A stretch of 64,000 nucleotides of DNA from Alphaproteobacteria bacterium (GTDB taxonomy: Bacteria > Pseudomonadota > Alphaproteobacteria > MPNO01 > UBA830), in NCBI GenBank assembly GCA_964291215.2, contig OZ219790.1, positions 448,001 through 512,000 on the forward strand. Reading direction: 5' to 3'. Both the position numbers and the translations under genes were made by a program. The notes beneath the pieces are model-generated. The model had not been told where the DNA came from and ran no database searches. It was given only the letters and a program-made list of their open reading frames with translations. Below are positions 8,340-20,987 of this stretch, piece after piece. How positions within the stretch are numbered: position 1 is the first letter of the stretch; each line of letters opens with the position of its first letter.

Positions 8340-11300
8340 CAGACGGTACCGGCCCCTCGATCTCGACCCGGTCGGCGCCCATCAGGCGGCGGCGGGCGAG
8401 CCGCCAGCCATTGGCGAGCGGGTTGCCGCGTTCCATCACCGCTTCGAAGGCTTCCGCGCCGGTCATGGCGGGGCCGCCGTCAAGGCCGAAGCCGGCGCGC
8501 ACGGCGCGCACCTGCTCCGCGTCGAGCACGCGCCCGATGAGGACCATGCCGTCGTCCGAGGTGAGCCGGCGGACGCGCATGTTCTCGGCCGGGAGGCGGT
8601 CCCAGACGGGCATCAGCAGGCCGGTGGCGAGCCAAAAGCAGGACTCGCGGTGGGACGGCAGGCCGGCGGTCTCGGCGTCCCAGAGCATGCGCCAGTGCCG
8701 TTCGTCGGCATGGCTCCAGTTGGAAGCGGCGAACTCGGCCCGGGCCATGCGGTCCCGGGCGGTGGGGCGGAGCAGTTGCACGCGTTCCTGCACCCCGCCG
8801 TCGTCGAGCATGCGCGACGGGGCGGGCAGCAGGACGGCGGCGCGCTTCGAGCGCGCGTTGACCGCCAGACGGGGCTTCCCGTCCGGCCCCGGATCGCGGC
8901 TTCCGATCTCCAGCGCGGCATCGGCCGTGAGCGGCGCCAGCCTGTCGCGGCGGACGATCCCGACCAGTTCGGTTGCGGCCCCGGCGCCGGGATGCTCATG
9001 GAGCGTCTCCCTGCCGGCGACGGCGAGCGAGTCGGCGGTGACGGTCTCGACCCCCCGCTCGTAGCTGCCGGCCTCGATCGCCTGCTCGATATTGGCGGCG
9101 ATGCGCTCCTCCAGCGCGGCGATGAGCCGGTTCTGCTCGGCGATGGGGAGCGCCAGCAGCCGGTTGAGGAACTTCGGCATCGGCGGCAGGTCGTCCTTCA
9201 GCCCGCCCTCGTGGACGATCCTGAGGCCGGTCGACTCCTGGAACCGTTCCGTGTTCCAGCCCTTGATGGCGCCGCGCCAGAGCGCGCCGTAGAACTGCCT
9301 GAGCGCCGCCTTCGCGTAGGCGCTCTCCAGGTTGTCGCTCTCGCGGAACAGCGCGGCGTCGCCCATGGCGGTCTGGCTGTCGCGCTGGCCGCGGGTGATG
9401 GCGCCCAGGCTGTCGAGCCGCCAGGCGATGGTGGCGATGAAGCGGCGCTCGCCCTTCACGTCCGTGGTGACGGGCCGGAAGAGCGGCGCGCTGGCCTGGT
9501 GCGTCCTGTGGGTGCGGCCCAGCCCCTGGATGGCCTGGTCGGCCCGCCAGCCGGGCTCCAGCAGGTAGTGGATGCGCCGCTCCGTGTTCCCGCAGGAGAG
9601 GTCGGCGTGGTAGCTGCGCCCGGTGCCGCCGGCCATGGAGAACACCAGGATGCGCTTGGTTCCGTCCATGAAGGCGGCAGTCTCGGCGAGGTTGGCGGAG
9701 GCGGGCCGCGAGCGCAGCGCGAGGCGTTCGCCCCTTGCGTCCACAATGCGCAGCACCCGCCGCGACCGGCCGGTGACCTCAGCGCCGGCCTCGTGCCCGA
9801 AATGCTGCACGATCCGGTCCAGCGCCGTCGGCACCGGCGGGAGCGCGGCGAGCTTCCCGATCAGCGCGTCGCGCCGCTCCTCGGCTTCCCTGCAGGCGAT
9901 CGTGTTGCCGTCGGCGTCCCTGGCGGGGCGGCTGAGCAGCTTGCCGCCGTCGTCGGTGAAGGGCTCCTGCAACTGCACCGGGAAGGCGTGCATCAGGCAG
10001 GACAGGATGGCGTCCCGGGGCGTGAGGTCGATGTTGAGATCGTCCCACTCCGAGGCCGGGACCTCGGCGATGCGCCGCTCCATGAGCGCCTCGCCGGTCG
10101 AGACCAGCTGGACCACGGCCGACCGGCCGGCTTCGAGGTCGGCCTCGATGGCGCGGATCAGGCTCGGACACTTCATGCCGGTGAGCAGATGGCCGAAGAA
10201 GCGCTGCTTCGTGCCCTCGAAGGCGCTCAGTGCTGCCGCTTTTGCGCTCCTGTTGAGCGTGTCCTCGCCCCGGACGATGCCGGTGGCCTTCAGCGCCTCC
10301 CCGATATTGTGGTGGATCACCTTGAAGGCGCCGGCATAGGCGTCGTAGATGCGGCGCTGCTCGGGTGTGAGCGGGTGTTCGAGGATATCGACCTCGACGC
10401 CGTCATAGGCGAGCGCGCGCGCCTGGTAGAGGCCGAGCGCCTTCAGGTCCCTGGCGACGACCTCCATCGCGGCGACGCCGCCGGCTTCCATGGCGGAGAT
10501 GAACTCGACGCGCTTCTCGAACGGCGTCTCGCCGGCGCCCCAGAGGCCGAGCCGTCCGGCATAGGCCAGGCCCGGCAGCGTGGTGGCGCCGGTCGCGGAC
10601 ACATAGGCGATGCGGGCGTCGGGCAATGCGTTCTGGAGCCTGAGCCCGGCCTTTCCCTGCTGCGACGGCTTGGTGTCGCCGCGTTCGCTCTTCGAGCCGG
10701 CGGCGTTGGCCATGGCGTGGGCCTCGTCGAAGACGATGACCCCGTCGAAGGCGTGGCGGTCCTCCTCGTCCAATGAGCCGGCGAGCCATTCGACGATCTG
10801 TTCCAGCCGCGACGGCCTGCCTTGGCGGGACGGCGAGCGCAGCGTGGCGTAGGTGGCGAACAGGATGCCCTCGTCGAGGGGGATCTCCCTCCCCTGGCGA
10901 AAGGCGCCGAGCGGGATGACGTCGCTTTCCAGCCCGCCGAGCGCGGTCCAGTCGCGCCTTGCGTCCTCCAGCAGCTTGTCGGACTGCGACAGCCAGAGGG
11001 CGCGCTTCCGGCCCCTCAGCCGGTTGTCGAGGATGACGGCGGCGACCTGCCGGCCCTTGCCGCAGCCGGTGCCGTCGCCCAGCATCCAGCCCCGGCGGAA
11101 ACGCACCGGCAGGGTCTCGTCCCCGGATCGAGTCCGGGGCAGGCTGTCCCGGGTGGCCGGAGACGTGCCGGGTTCTTCAACTTCGCCGTCCTGCGGGCAG
11201 CGGTGGACGGTCTCCCAGCCGGAGCCGATACGGTACTGCGCTGCCAGATGGCGGGAATGGGCCTCGCCCGCCAGCACGACGCTCTCCAGCTGGGCGTCGG

Positions 11301-12711
11301 ACAGGAGGCCGTCGGTAACCACGCGCTCCGGCAGCATGGGCCGGTATGCCGGCGCCGGATGGGGCACGGCGGCCATGGCGGCGGACTGCACCAGCGGCGT
11401 CGGATGCTCGACCGCCCCCGGCACCCGCACCGCGCCGGGCCGCCAGGGTGCCCAGGGGCCGGTGTCGGCGGCGGGACGGGTATCCTGTTCGGCGGGTTCG
11501 ACCGGCTCGGTCTCGACGACCAGCTCCGTAACCGGCCCCCGGTCATGGGCCTGCTGCGTCTCGGGCGTCGATGCGGATTTCGGACCCCGCAGCTTCGCGG
11601 GCGGCGGCGCGACGGCTGCGCCGAACAGGTCGCGGGCGGGTCCGGCGGGAACGGATGCGATGGGCTGGCGCTTCGGCACGCGCGCGATGACGGCATCGAG
11701 CAGCCCGGCAGCGGTCGCGGCGCGGGCGGTCGTGTCCAGCTCGACTTCAGGTCCGGCGCCGCGCTCCAGCACGGTGAGGCGGGTGTCGAATCCGGTGCCG
11801 CGCCTGGCATAGGCGCGGCCGTCGAGCGCCATGGTGAAGATGCAGCGGGCGTCGTCGATCGAGCCGAAGGCATCGCGCCATGCGGTGTCGCCGGGCGCGC
11901 AATGGGCCGAGGTGACCGCGACCAGCCGCCCGCCGGGCGGCAGCATCGAGGCGGCCGAGCGGACATGGCGCAGATCGGCGCCGCGGGCGGTGCGGTCGAC
12001 GCCGGGCGTCGCCGAGAAGGGCGGGTTCATCAGCACCACGGTGGGACGGACATCGCGCAGCCGGTCGGCGATGGTCTCGGCGTCGAACGCGGTGACGGCG
12101 GCCCCGGGGAAGAGCCGCGTCAGCAACCCCGCCCGCGTGGGCGCGTATTCATTGAGATGGAGCGCGTCTGCCGCCCGGTCGCCGAGCGCGCACTGCGCCA
12201 TCACCGCCAGCATGCCGGTGCCGGCGGACGGCTCCAGCACGACATCGCCCGGCCGGATCGCGGCGGCCTGGAGGACAGCATAGGCGAGCGGCAGCGGGGT
12301 CGAGAACTGCTGGAGCCGGACCTGTTCCTCCGAGCGCCTGGTGTGCGAGGGTTCCAGCGCGGCGAGCACTTCCAGCATCGCCAGCATGCGGCGGGGTCCG
12401 CCGGCACCCGCATTGCGGCGCATGGCCCGGGCGTAGCGCTGCATGAAGATCACCACGGCCGCTTCGGCGGCTTCATAGGCGTCCTTCCAGACCCAGCCGC
12501 CCTCGGCGTCGGTGGCGCCGAAGGCCTCCGTCATGGCGGCGCGCAGCGTCGCGGCGTCGAGCGGCCGTCCGGCCTCCAGCGCCGGCAGCAGGGTTCGGGC
12601 GGCGGCGATCAGGGCGTCGCCCGCGGCCGGGCGGGCCGGGGATGCGGGCGGGTTGGTGGCGAGCGCGGGAAGGGGCGGACGCGCGTCCGGCGCCTGCGGG
12701 GCGTCTAGCAT
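8340..12711 (-). CDS. Methyltransferase plus strawberry-notch-like SF2 helicase (C-terminus probably damaged)
   Basis: QQFSTP, VLEPSAGTG, LMNPPF (N6-MTase); LGDGTGCGKGRQ, FDEAH, YVSATG, AGGTGRSYHA, QGLGRTHR (SNO helicase); recognisable sequence ends near 8350. Confidence 0.88.
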
Positions 12712-13246
12712 GGACAGTCTCCGTGCTGGAAGGCGGGAAGCGGGCCGGCGGCGCAAGTCCTCCCGCGCCGCCCGGCGGACCGCCCCCGGACGGCTGGCCG
12801 GACTCCCGCCGGCGGGACGCACGGAGACGCGAAGATGGAGGGAATTGGCCGGAACGGCCGGTCCGCCCGGGCCGTGTCAGTGGGGCTGCGGAGGGCGCTC
12901 AGGCATGAAGACGGATAAGTACGGCCGCGGCAAAATCGGCCGCAGCGTTGCCGATAGCAGCCGGAATTCTCGAATCGTATTCAGGCGATGATTGAGCCGA
13001 TGAACGAAAGATACGGCCGCGCGGTCTCGTGGGAGGATTTGATGTTCACCGTCGAAACAGCGCAAGGCGAGCAAGCGATGGGCGGGAAGGCGCCTGGCGG
13101 GCGATCAAGACCGCCTGAAACCGGTTGGCAAGGCCGCGCCGGACCGCGTCCAACCCGGCAGGATGCGCAGTTCCGACAAGTCGCCGGGGAACGTTCGGAT
13201 GGCCGCAGCCGGCGGAGCGGCCGGCTGAGGAGGCTGAGAGACCTGT

Positions 13247-14278
13247 CTATTCCCGTTCGGTCGGCGCGGTCCCGCCGATAGTGAACGTCCCCAGACCCCG
13301 AAAGAGCCTCTCCCGGGCAAGCGTATCGTCGCGCTCGATAGCGCGCCGCGCCACATTCAGCAGGTCCGGTTCGGGAGGGGCGCTCCCCGGGGCGTACATG
13401 CGCGGCATGACGGTAGCGAGGGCGTAGCCGGTGCTGCCCATGTGGGTGTAGGCGGGACCGGCGACGGAGGCGGCTTCGGCGATGCGCATGGTGACATCGA
13501 CCGTGCGGGCGCGGACGTCGGACAGGCGCTTGACGTCAACGTTCCGATGCTCGAATCCGGCGGGAAGGCCTTCATGCCTGAAAACGTGCTCAAGGCGGGC
13601 GGAACCGTCCTCATCGACGCTGAGCCATGCGCCGTGGCAGAGTGCGTTGCGCCAGGGCCGGAGTTCATCGAGGCGCGCGACGAGATCCTCACGAACGGCG
13701 CGGGGAATCAGCCCGCCTTCGGTCAGGACCCGGTCGAGTTCGCAGGTGAGGTGGTACAGACCGTCGGTCTGGGAGCGCAGGAGTCGCTTATACCACTCGG
13801 ACAGGGCTTCATGGTCGTTCTCCTCAAGAAGGGCGATTGCCCTCTCGCCCGTCCCCAGGAGCGCGTAGCAGGTGGAGGCCAGAATGTGCTCCAGGTAGCC
13901 GAAGGCGGCTACGGTCTTGCCGAGTTCCTGCCAGAAGGCGGCGGGCCCCTGGTTCATCGGCCAGTCGGGCGGCAGGGCGTCACGGTCGATGGGCAGACAG
14001 CGGCGCATCCGTTCGCGGGCCTCGCGGATCGCATCGGGGTCGCGGGATACGGCGAGCCGGCGAACGAACCATGCGCCGTTCTTCCGGTTGGGGCGCTGCA
14101 CCTGGCCTGCAATACGCCCGGCACACAGCAATCTGCGCAACGGCAGGCCGTTCTTGCGGTTTCGCAGGAGGCTGGCCTTGTCGAGCCAGCGCGCGGCCTC
14201 TACGGCGCGGACTTCCTCGTGCCACTCCTGTTCGAGCCGTTCCTGAAGATGAAGATTGATGGCGTAGAGGTCGGGCAT
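13247..14278 (-). CDS. Hypothetical protein with a HEPN-like RxxxxH motif
   Basis: 343-aa open frame; helical C-half 'ELGKTVAAFGYLE...LDELRPWRNALCHG'. Confidence 0.6.
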   Translation of the reverse strand: MPDLYAINLHLQERLEQEWHEEVRAVEAARWLDKASLLRNRKNGLPLRRLLCAGRIAGQVQRPNRKNGAWFVRRLAVSRDPDAIREARERMRRCLPIDRDALPPDWPMNQGPAAFWQELGKTVAAFGYLEHILASTCYALLGTGERAIALLEENDHEALSEWYKRLLRSQTDGLYHLTCELDRVLTEGGLIPRAVREDLVARLDELRPWRNALCHGAWLSVDEDGSARLEHVFRHEGLPAGFEHRNVDVKRLSDVRARTVDVTMRIAEAASVAGPAYTHMGSTGYALATVMPRMYAPGSAPPEPDLLNVARRAIERDDTLARERLFRGLGTFTIGGTAPTERE

Positions 14279-14437
14279 GGGGACTGCCGGGTGTATCGAG
14301 CAAGAGCGTCGATGGATTGCCTGACGGAGTACGGCACTGTCAATGATCGGTCAGCGACGGACGATTGGGGGCGAAGGGCGCCTGCGACGCGACGAAAATC
14401 CACGATTGGCGGGGTGAAGTCCAGTCGATGCACCCTG

Positions 14438-14869
14438 TCAGTCGAACCGGTTTCCAGAGACCGCAAACGACCGGGAGTTGGCCGCAATTGTTTCGTCGCC
14501 CGCTTCGTCCGAGCTCAGGTGTTCGTACTCGGTGCGAAGCTGGCGGTAGAGCCAGCACGCGAGGGCGCACATGGCCCCGGTCACCGTGTCCCCGGCATCG
14601 TCCGTCGGCAGCTGCCGGATCGGGCTGTCCCGTTCCACCTCGGTGGACATGGTGTATTCGTGGCAGTAGCGCCCGCGCTGGCGGATCGTGGCATGCAGCT
14701 GGTGGTAATTTCGCTTCTGGATGGTCTGCAATGCATCCGCGATGCGGTGCAACTCGTCATCCTTGGGGGCGCAGGCGCGAATGGCTTTGGCGGCGCCTCT
14801 GGCGTGGCTGTAGTGACCGGCGAACGAGGCGCCCTGATTCCAGAAACCCGTGAAGAAGACCTGCGGCAT
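14438..14869 (-). pseudogene. C-terminal portion of a conserved plasmid/ICE protein often labelled 'antitoxin of toxin-antitoxin stability system'
   Basis: FTGFWNQGASF..Y, APKDDELHRIAD, GRYCHEYTM, WLYRQL..EYEHL; appears N-terminally shortened. Confidence 0.6.
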
Positions 14870-14871
14870 TG

Positions 14872-15380
14872 TCAGCCCTCCTGCGGACGGGGGATGCCGG
14901 CCACGCGCACGAACCGGACCGCTTCCCGGACACGGCGGAGCGCGACGCGGTCGTGTTCGGCCCGGGACCACCGGGCGGGCCGGCGCGAGAATCAGCAGAA
15001 TCCGCGACGAAGCCGTCCGCACAGGCCACGAAGTGGCTGCTCGCGGAGATCGTCCATGTCCCGGCGGGCGCGGCGTCGAGGAACGCGCCCAGCGTGATCG
15101 CGCGCTCGTCGAAGGGGACGCCGGCGAAGAGGGGCTCCCATTCCCGCTCGCGCCGGGCGAAACAGCGGTTCCGGTATTTCGGATGGCGGAGCGCGTAGTC
15201 CGGCGCCCACCCGAACGCTTCGAGCGCGGCGGCGAGTTCGTCGATGAAGACGCCGTTCACCGACGGCCGGTCGAACAGGCGGCGGATGACGGCGGCGGCC
15301 TCATGGGTCGGCACGCCGGCGATCGCGGAAATGGCGGACGGGCTGCACTTCGTGGCGCGGCCGGTGATCCGGTGGAGCAT
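14872..15380 (-). pseudogene. Small papain/C39-like fold protein, frameshifted near the C-terminus
   Basis: N-terminal C-S-P-S-A-I-S-A-I helix and SSHFVACADG..D strand (Cys-His-Asp arrangement). Confidence 0.4.
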
Positions 15381-15464
15381 GGCGGTCTCCGGGCTGGGTG
15401 GCGGGGGATCGGCCCGACGCGGCGCGGACCGCGGTCGCACCGGGGAGGTCCATCGGTTCGCCTT

Positions 15465-16199
15465 TCAGAGCAACCCCCTCTCGTGGAAGCTCACGGAGCC
15501 GGTCGGCGTGACGATCAGATGGTCGAGCAGCGTGACCTCGATGGTCTTCAGCGCGTCGCGGAGGCGGTCGGTCATGGCGATGTCGGCGCGGGACGGTTCG
15601 GGCGAACCGCCCGGGTGGTTGTGGACCGCGATGACCGCGCTGGCCTGAAGCTCCAGACAGCGGATGCAGACCTCCCGGGGATAGGTGTGGCAGACGGAGC
15701 CCTTCTGGAGGCGCTCGTCGGCAATGAGGAGATTGTTGCGGTTCAGGTACAGCAGCCTGAATTCCTCGACCTCGCGGTGGCCGGCGAGGGTGCGGCAATA
15801 CTCGATCACCCTGTCGTAGCCGGCGAGGGACGGGCGCAGGGTGTCGGGCATTTCGGCCCGCGCCATGCGGATGGCGAGCGCTTCGGCGGCCTTGAGGGCG
15901 GCGATGGCGTCTTCCGGCAGGCCCGGCACGGTGCGCAGGCGGTCCGGGCGGGCGGCGAGCGCGCGCGGCGCCGTGCCGAAGGTGTCCAGCAATGCGCGGG
16001 CGAGCGCCCCGGCATCGTCCACCGGCGGGCGCCCGGAGAGCAGCAGTTCGAGCAGGTCGCGGTCGTCGACCGCCTCGCGCCCGGCGCGGAGGAAACGGCG
16101 CTGGAGCCGGCGGCGGTCCACGGCCTTCCGGACCGATGCCGGCGCTGCGGGCATGTCGTGCAGCGGCATGTCGTCGAGACCTGGCGAGGAATCGGGCAT
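15465..16199 (-). CDS. radC: RadC-like JAB domain protein
   Basis: ELLELLL, HhH-like 'VPGLPE', EEFRLLYLN, YPREV, HNHPGG.PEPSRAD, LLDHLIV. Confidence 0.9.
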   Translation of the reverse strand: MPDSSPGLDDMPLHDMPAAPASVRKAVDRRRLQRRFLRAGREAVDDRDLLELLLSGRPPVDDAGALARALLDTFGTAPRALAARPDRLRTVPGLPEDAIAALKAAEALAIRMARAEMPDTLRPSLAGYDRVIEYCRTLAGHREVEEFRLLYLNRNNLLIADERLQKGSVCHTYPREVCIRCLELQASAVIAVHNHPGGSPEPSRADIAMTDRLRDALKTIEVTLLDHLIVTPTGSVSFHERGLL

Positions 16200-16302
16200 G
16201 GCGGCGTCCTCCGCGGGTTTGAAGGGAAACGCCCGGTTCCGGCGAGCGGGACGGGCCGATGGCGGAACGGGGCAGCGTCGGGGCGAACGGATCCCGGGCG
16301 GG

Positions 16303-16491
16303 TCAACGGGCCGGAACTTCCGGGTCCGGGCCGAGTTCGACCGCGACCCTGCCGTCGGTGACGGCGATGGTGACCGTGCGGTCCGGCGGCATCAGCAGGT
16401 CGGTCCACACGGCGATGGCGCGTTTCCGCACCTCGTCGCCGGGGTCACGCGGAGCGGTCGCTTCGGGGGCGGGCATGGCGGCCAGCGTCAT
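16303..16491 (-). CDS. Small hypothetical protein (62 aa)
   Basis: ATG with GGGAG RBS, overlapping the stop of the upstream gene. Confidence 0.4.
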   Translation of the reverse strand: MTLAAMPAPEATAPRDPGDEVRKRAIAVWTDLLMPPDRTVTIAVTDGRVAVELGPDPEVPAR

Positions 16492-18303
16492 GGCTGCGGT
16501 CTCCCTTGATGGCGAGCCGTCCCGGCGCACGGCGGCGCCGGGACGGCTTCGGGGGAGCGCGGAGGCGGTCGGGCGCCGTCCGCCGCGCTTCCGTCGCCGA
16601 GGATCACGGTCACGTCGGGTCGGCGGATGCGGATGTCGACGGCGCGGTCGCGGGGCGCAAGCCACATCAGCTCGCGCCGCACCGCCTCGGCGATGGATGC
16701 CCGGCAGGCCTCGTCGTCGGACAGCAGCAGGCGGGTCGCCAGGTGCAGCGCGTCCTCCTCGAAGCGGTTGCGCTGGGTCTCCCAGCTGTCGGCGTCGGCA
16801 TCGTCGGAGGGCGAAAAGAACCCCGCCATGAGCAGCGCGGCGAGCTCGTGCGGCTGAAGTGGGCTGTCTTCGGTGACCAGCGGCATGGCCTCGTCGATCT
16901 AGGACCAGGCCTCGCCGGCGAACGCCATGTCGGCCGGCAGGTCGAGGGTGCGTTCCGGACCCGACGTCGGGCGGACGGCGAGCGCGATGCGGATGGCGGC
17001 GGGGCGGGCCGGCAGCGGCGCGAGACGGCCCGGGCAGCGGATACTCCGCGAGCGTTGTCCAGTCGTCCCCGGCAGCGACCCGGACGGCTATATCCGTCAC
17101 CCGGTCGAGCGCATCGTACCAGCCATGGCCCTCCAGCCGCCGGTCGGCCTCGAAGAGCCGCGGCGCGATGCCGGCGCGTTCGGCGGCGCGCCACAGCGCC
17201 TGCGCCTCCGGCGGCTCCGGATCGCGGTCCATGACCAGGGCGTCATGGCCGGCATCGGCCAGCTTGCCCGGTTCGCGCCAGTCGTTGCAGTCGGCGATCA
17301 TGGGCCGCCAGGGCCGCAGGGCGGCCGGCGGCGGCGCGATGGCGATGCCGGCCTTGCGCGCCCGCGTCCAGTCGGCGAAGGCCGGGCGCGGCGAGGGGTC
17401 GGCCGCCATGGCGCGCCAGACCGCCAGCCGCGCGGCCTCGCGCATCTCTCCGGGAAAGGCGTTCTCGACCGCTTCCTTGCGGGCCGGCAGGACCAGTTCG
17501 AGGTCCGGGCAGTCTTCCAGATCCGCCAATACGGTCCAGGTCGCGCCGTGGACGGTCTCGACCGTGGGCAGGCGGAGCGCCAGGGTCAGCCCGAAGAAAT
17601 TGAGGTCGGGGTCGTTGTAGCCGCTGCGGCGGTCCTTGAAGACCCCGAAGACGAGGCCGCGCCAGGGCTCGACATGGACCGCGCCGTCGAGAAAGGCGCG
17701 GCGGGGCAGTTCCTCCCCGGCGCCGTCTCCCCCGCCGTCCTCAAAGACGACCGGCAGCGGGTAGTGGCGGGCGGCGTTCCCGGCCGCGTTGCGGATGGCC
17801 AGGGCGGGTTTGGTGGCCTCGAACGAGACTGCCGTCCCGCAGGGATACGGGGCCTCGTTATCGCCCTGCACCCCGGCGTCGGCCTCCCCGAGGAAATGCG
17901 CCGGTTGCAGCGCGACGTGCCAGCCGGGCAATGTCTCCCCGTCCGGCGAGCGGGGCCGCGAGGAGACGGCGCAGTTGCGGCGCGCGAGGCTGGCGAAGCC
18001 GAAGCCGGCGGCGTCCTCGCGGCGGACCAGCGCGTCGTCCCAGCCGTTCTCGCCGAAGCTGAGCAGCACGGCAGGATCGGCGATGCCGTCGTCGGAAACG
18101 GTGACGGTGAGCGGCGTCTCGCCCGCAATGGCGGCGGTTTCGTGCGCCGGGGCGGCGGCAACCGAGATGCGCACCCGCCGGGCGCCGGCGCGGCGGCTGT
18201 TCTGCAATGTCTCGGCGAAGATGTCGGCCAGGGTTGCGGTGTAGATGCGGGTGACCCGCTTCACGGCGGTTTCGTGGATGCGGGCGCGGATCGTCCGGTT
18301 CAT
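16488..18303 (-). pseudogene. GHKL (HATPase_c) ATP-binding protein of plasmids/ICEs, with a frameshift and an internal stop
   Basis: ETLQNSRRAGA (N box), DDG(xG) shortened, DAAGFGFASL; C-terminus in ORF 16488..16886; TAG at about 16900. Confidence 0.75.
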
Positions 18304-18411
18304 GGACGGACCTCCATGGATTGCTGAAACGGAAACGCCCCGCCGGCGCTACCCAGGGCCTGAAGCCCGGAGCAATGCGCCGGCGGGGCGTCTTGCGGGG
18401 TCTGCGGTCGC

Positions 18412-20668
18412 CTACCGGACCTGGCGGAGGAACTCGGGGATCTCCATCGGGTGGGCGGCCTGCCCGTTGACCGGGCCGGTCGCCCCGATGTCGTCCGGCC
18501 CGTTCGCGGTGACCGGACCGGCATCGGCCTCCCCGGTATCGACCGCGTCGGCGGCGTCCGTCGCCTCCTCCCCGGCATTGCCGACCGTGCGCCCGGTGTC
18601 GAACGCGGTGAAGCCGGGCGGCGTCCAGGCGAGCGCGGCGGCGTGCATCGCGGCGCTCACTCCGACCGGCGGGTCGCCGGCGGCGAAGGCGGCCTCCATC
18701 GCCTCGGCGAGCGCGGGCTTCCTGTATTTCGACCGCGCCGAGGCCCAGTTGATGCCGAACACCGTGCGGGCGATGTCGAGGATGCGGCTCCTGGCGATCC
18801 GCGACCACAGCATCGCCGCCGTCGGACGGACATGCCTGGCGAAGTCGATGCCGAGCCGGGCCACCGTGGCTTCGAGTTCGGGCCGCGCCTGGGGTTCGAA
18901 GGCGAGCTGGCCCTTCACCGTGCGCGCGACGCAGGCCGCGAACAGCGCCTGTTTCTCCGCCCGGGGCAGCGCCCGGAGCGCGGCGAAGGACTGGCCGTCG
19001 TCCTCGATGGTCAGCCAGTCGAGCGACAGGTGCGAGCGGTCCTCCAGCATCGCCTCGCCCGGCGACCAGGCCGCGAAACCGGCATCGTTCATGCGGGCGC
19101 CGGGCCTGTCCGAGGTCTCGTTGACCGCGATGTCGAGGGCGTGACGGCCCGGCGCGAACACGGCGCGGCCCGTCTGGAACAGCACGAGGTCGAAGGCGGC
19201 CTCGAAGTCGCCGGCGAGATGCGCCTTGACCAGCGCGGTGCGGATCGCGCGCAGGTCGTCGGCGAGCCCGATGCCGACGCCGGCCTCCCTGCGCGCCTCG
19301 GATTCGGGGTCCTTCGGCGGCGCCATGGGCGTCGAGATGGGCGGATTGACGGACGGGCCGGCGGTGTGAACGCCATGACCGGCGGCAGGATCGACAGGGG
19401 TCCCGGCATCCGGGTCGCGGCCGGCCGGGGTCGCCGTACCGCTGGTTTCCGCCTGCTTCGGCATGTCCGCAGGTCTGACCAGGCCCTGGATGACCTGCAT
19501 CGCGCCGTCATGGCCGACGGTGACGATGCAGCCGGCCATCGCGAAGTCCTCGCGCCGGAACACCGCGCGCGCCTCGACGGCGGCCTCGATCCCGTCGAGC
19601 CGGGCCTCGACGGCCTCCGCTTCGGCGGCCAGTTCGTCGGTCCACTCGTCGTCATCGAGATTGACGAGTTCGTCGTGGCGGGTCGTCAGCTTCCCGATCT
19701 CGGCCCGCTCTTCGTCGGTCGGTGCGCCGGGCCGGGGCTCGATGCGCCCGTAACGGGCGGTGTCGCTCCAGTCGACCTCGACCATGGGGACAGCCCACTT
19801 CCAGCGGGTCGCCAGCTCGTCGGCGGCGGCCCGGAGCTTCTCCGCCGCGAGCTTCTCCAGCAGCACCGGGTCCTCGAACCAGATGCCGTGCTCGTATTCG
19901 TCGGCGAACAGATCGCGCATGACCTGGCCGCCCGCGGCCTCGTAGGCATCGACCCCGACGAAGCGGGCCACGGCCGAGGCGCCCGGCACGCGCTCCTCGG
20001 TCAGCAGGCGCTTCACCTGCCAGGCCGACGGGCGGCCGGCCTGCCCGGAGAGTTGTTCCCATACCGTCATCTGGCGCGTGCGGTCGGCGGTGACGGCGAA
20101 GGCCTTCAGCACTTCGAGGTCGATCCCGCCGGCCCGGTAGGCGTCCAGAAGCTCGGGTGCGGCGTTGCCGAGGCGCAGGCGCTGCTCGACGGTGCGCTCC
20201 GAGGCGCCGAACCGCGCCGCTATGGCGGCAACCGGCTGGCCGGCGTCGGCCAGCTTCGTGAACGCGACCACCTGGTCGGCCGGATGCATGGCGATGCGGA
20301 CCACGTTCTCGGCGAGCGAGAGTTCGGCCGGCTCGGCGTCGCCGGTCCTGACCAGGCAGGGCACCGGGTGGTCGGCGTCGAGCGCCTTGTCCCCGACGAG
20401 TGCCTGCATGGCCTTGATGCGGCGCCCGCCGGCGACCACGGCATAGCGCTCGATGCCATCCGGAGCCTGTCCCGGACCAGATCCGGGATCCGGCCGGACG
20501 ACGAGGTTCTCCAGCAGGCCGAGGGCGGCGATCGAGGCCTTGAGCTCGGCGTCGGCCCGGGCATCGGGCGGGGTCTTGCGGACGTTCTCGGGGGCGAGGC
20601 CGGGCGAGCGGGATGTCCCGGATGAGCGGCGCGGCCCCGGGGGCGATGAAGTTCATGCCAGTCTCCAT
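18412..20668 (-). pseudogene. ParB/RepB/Spo0J-family protein (long plasmid type), frameshifted at the N-terminus
   Basis: ENVRKT, GLLENLVV, VVAGGRR, SLAENVVR.AMHPADQ, IAARFG..ERTVEQRLRL, YEAAGG..RDLF. Confidence 0.85.
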
Positions 20669-20987
20669 GGAGGGTTGCGGACGGTCGGCGCGGGCGGCCC
20701 ACTCCGGCGGCCCCGCGCCTGCCCGGACCGCCGCCCCGCTCCGGCTCCGGGCGGTGCGGTCCGGCGGGCGCCGGCGCCGGATACGGCGGCCGGCGCGGTG
20801 CGGCGGTATCGGGAAAGGCGGCAGACGGCGCGCGGCCGGAAGGGGTCCGGCCGGCGCTGCTGCGGGCGGGGAGCGGCGGTCCGCCCCGCGTCACGGGATC
20901 CGGATACGCAGGCGGCCGGCAGCGCCGGGGGCGCCGGCAGACGAAGGCGCCGTGGAGGGTCGGGAAGCGGCGCGCCGCCATCGGAGG

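Noticed and set aside
8083-8340. C-terminal tail of the 1579-aa ORF reaching the RIT end
   Set aside because: Low-complexity read-through after a probable deletion; it overlaps a better-supported small gene in another frame.
8098-12708. Long plus-strand ORFs (892 aa, 628 aa), and similar ones at 13442-15097, 18451-20625, 46138-48897 and 49653-51233
   Set aside because: Antisense shadows of recognisable minus-strand genes in very GC-rich DNA; no protein motifs.
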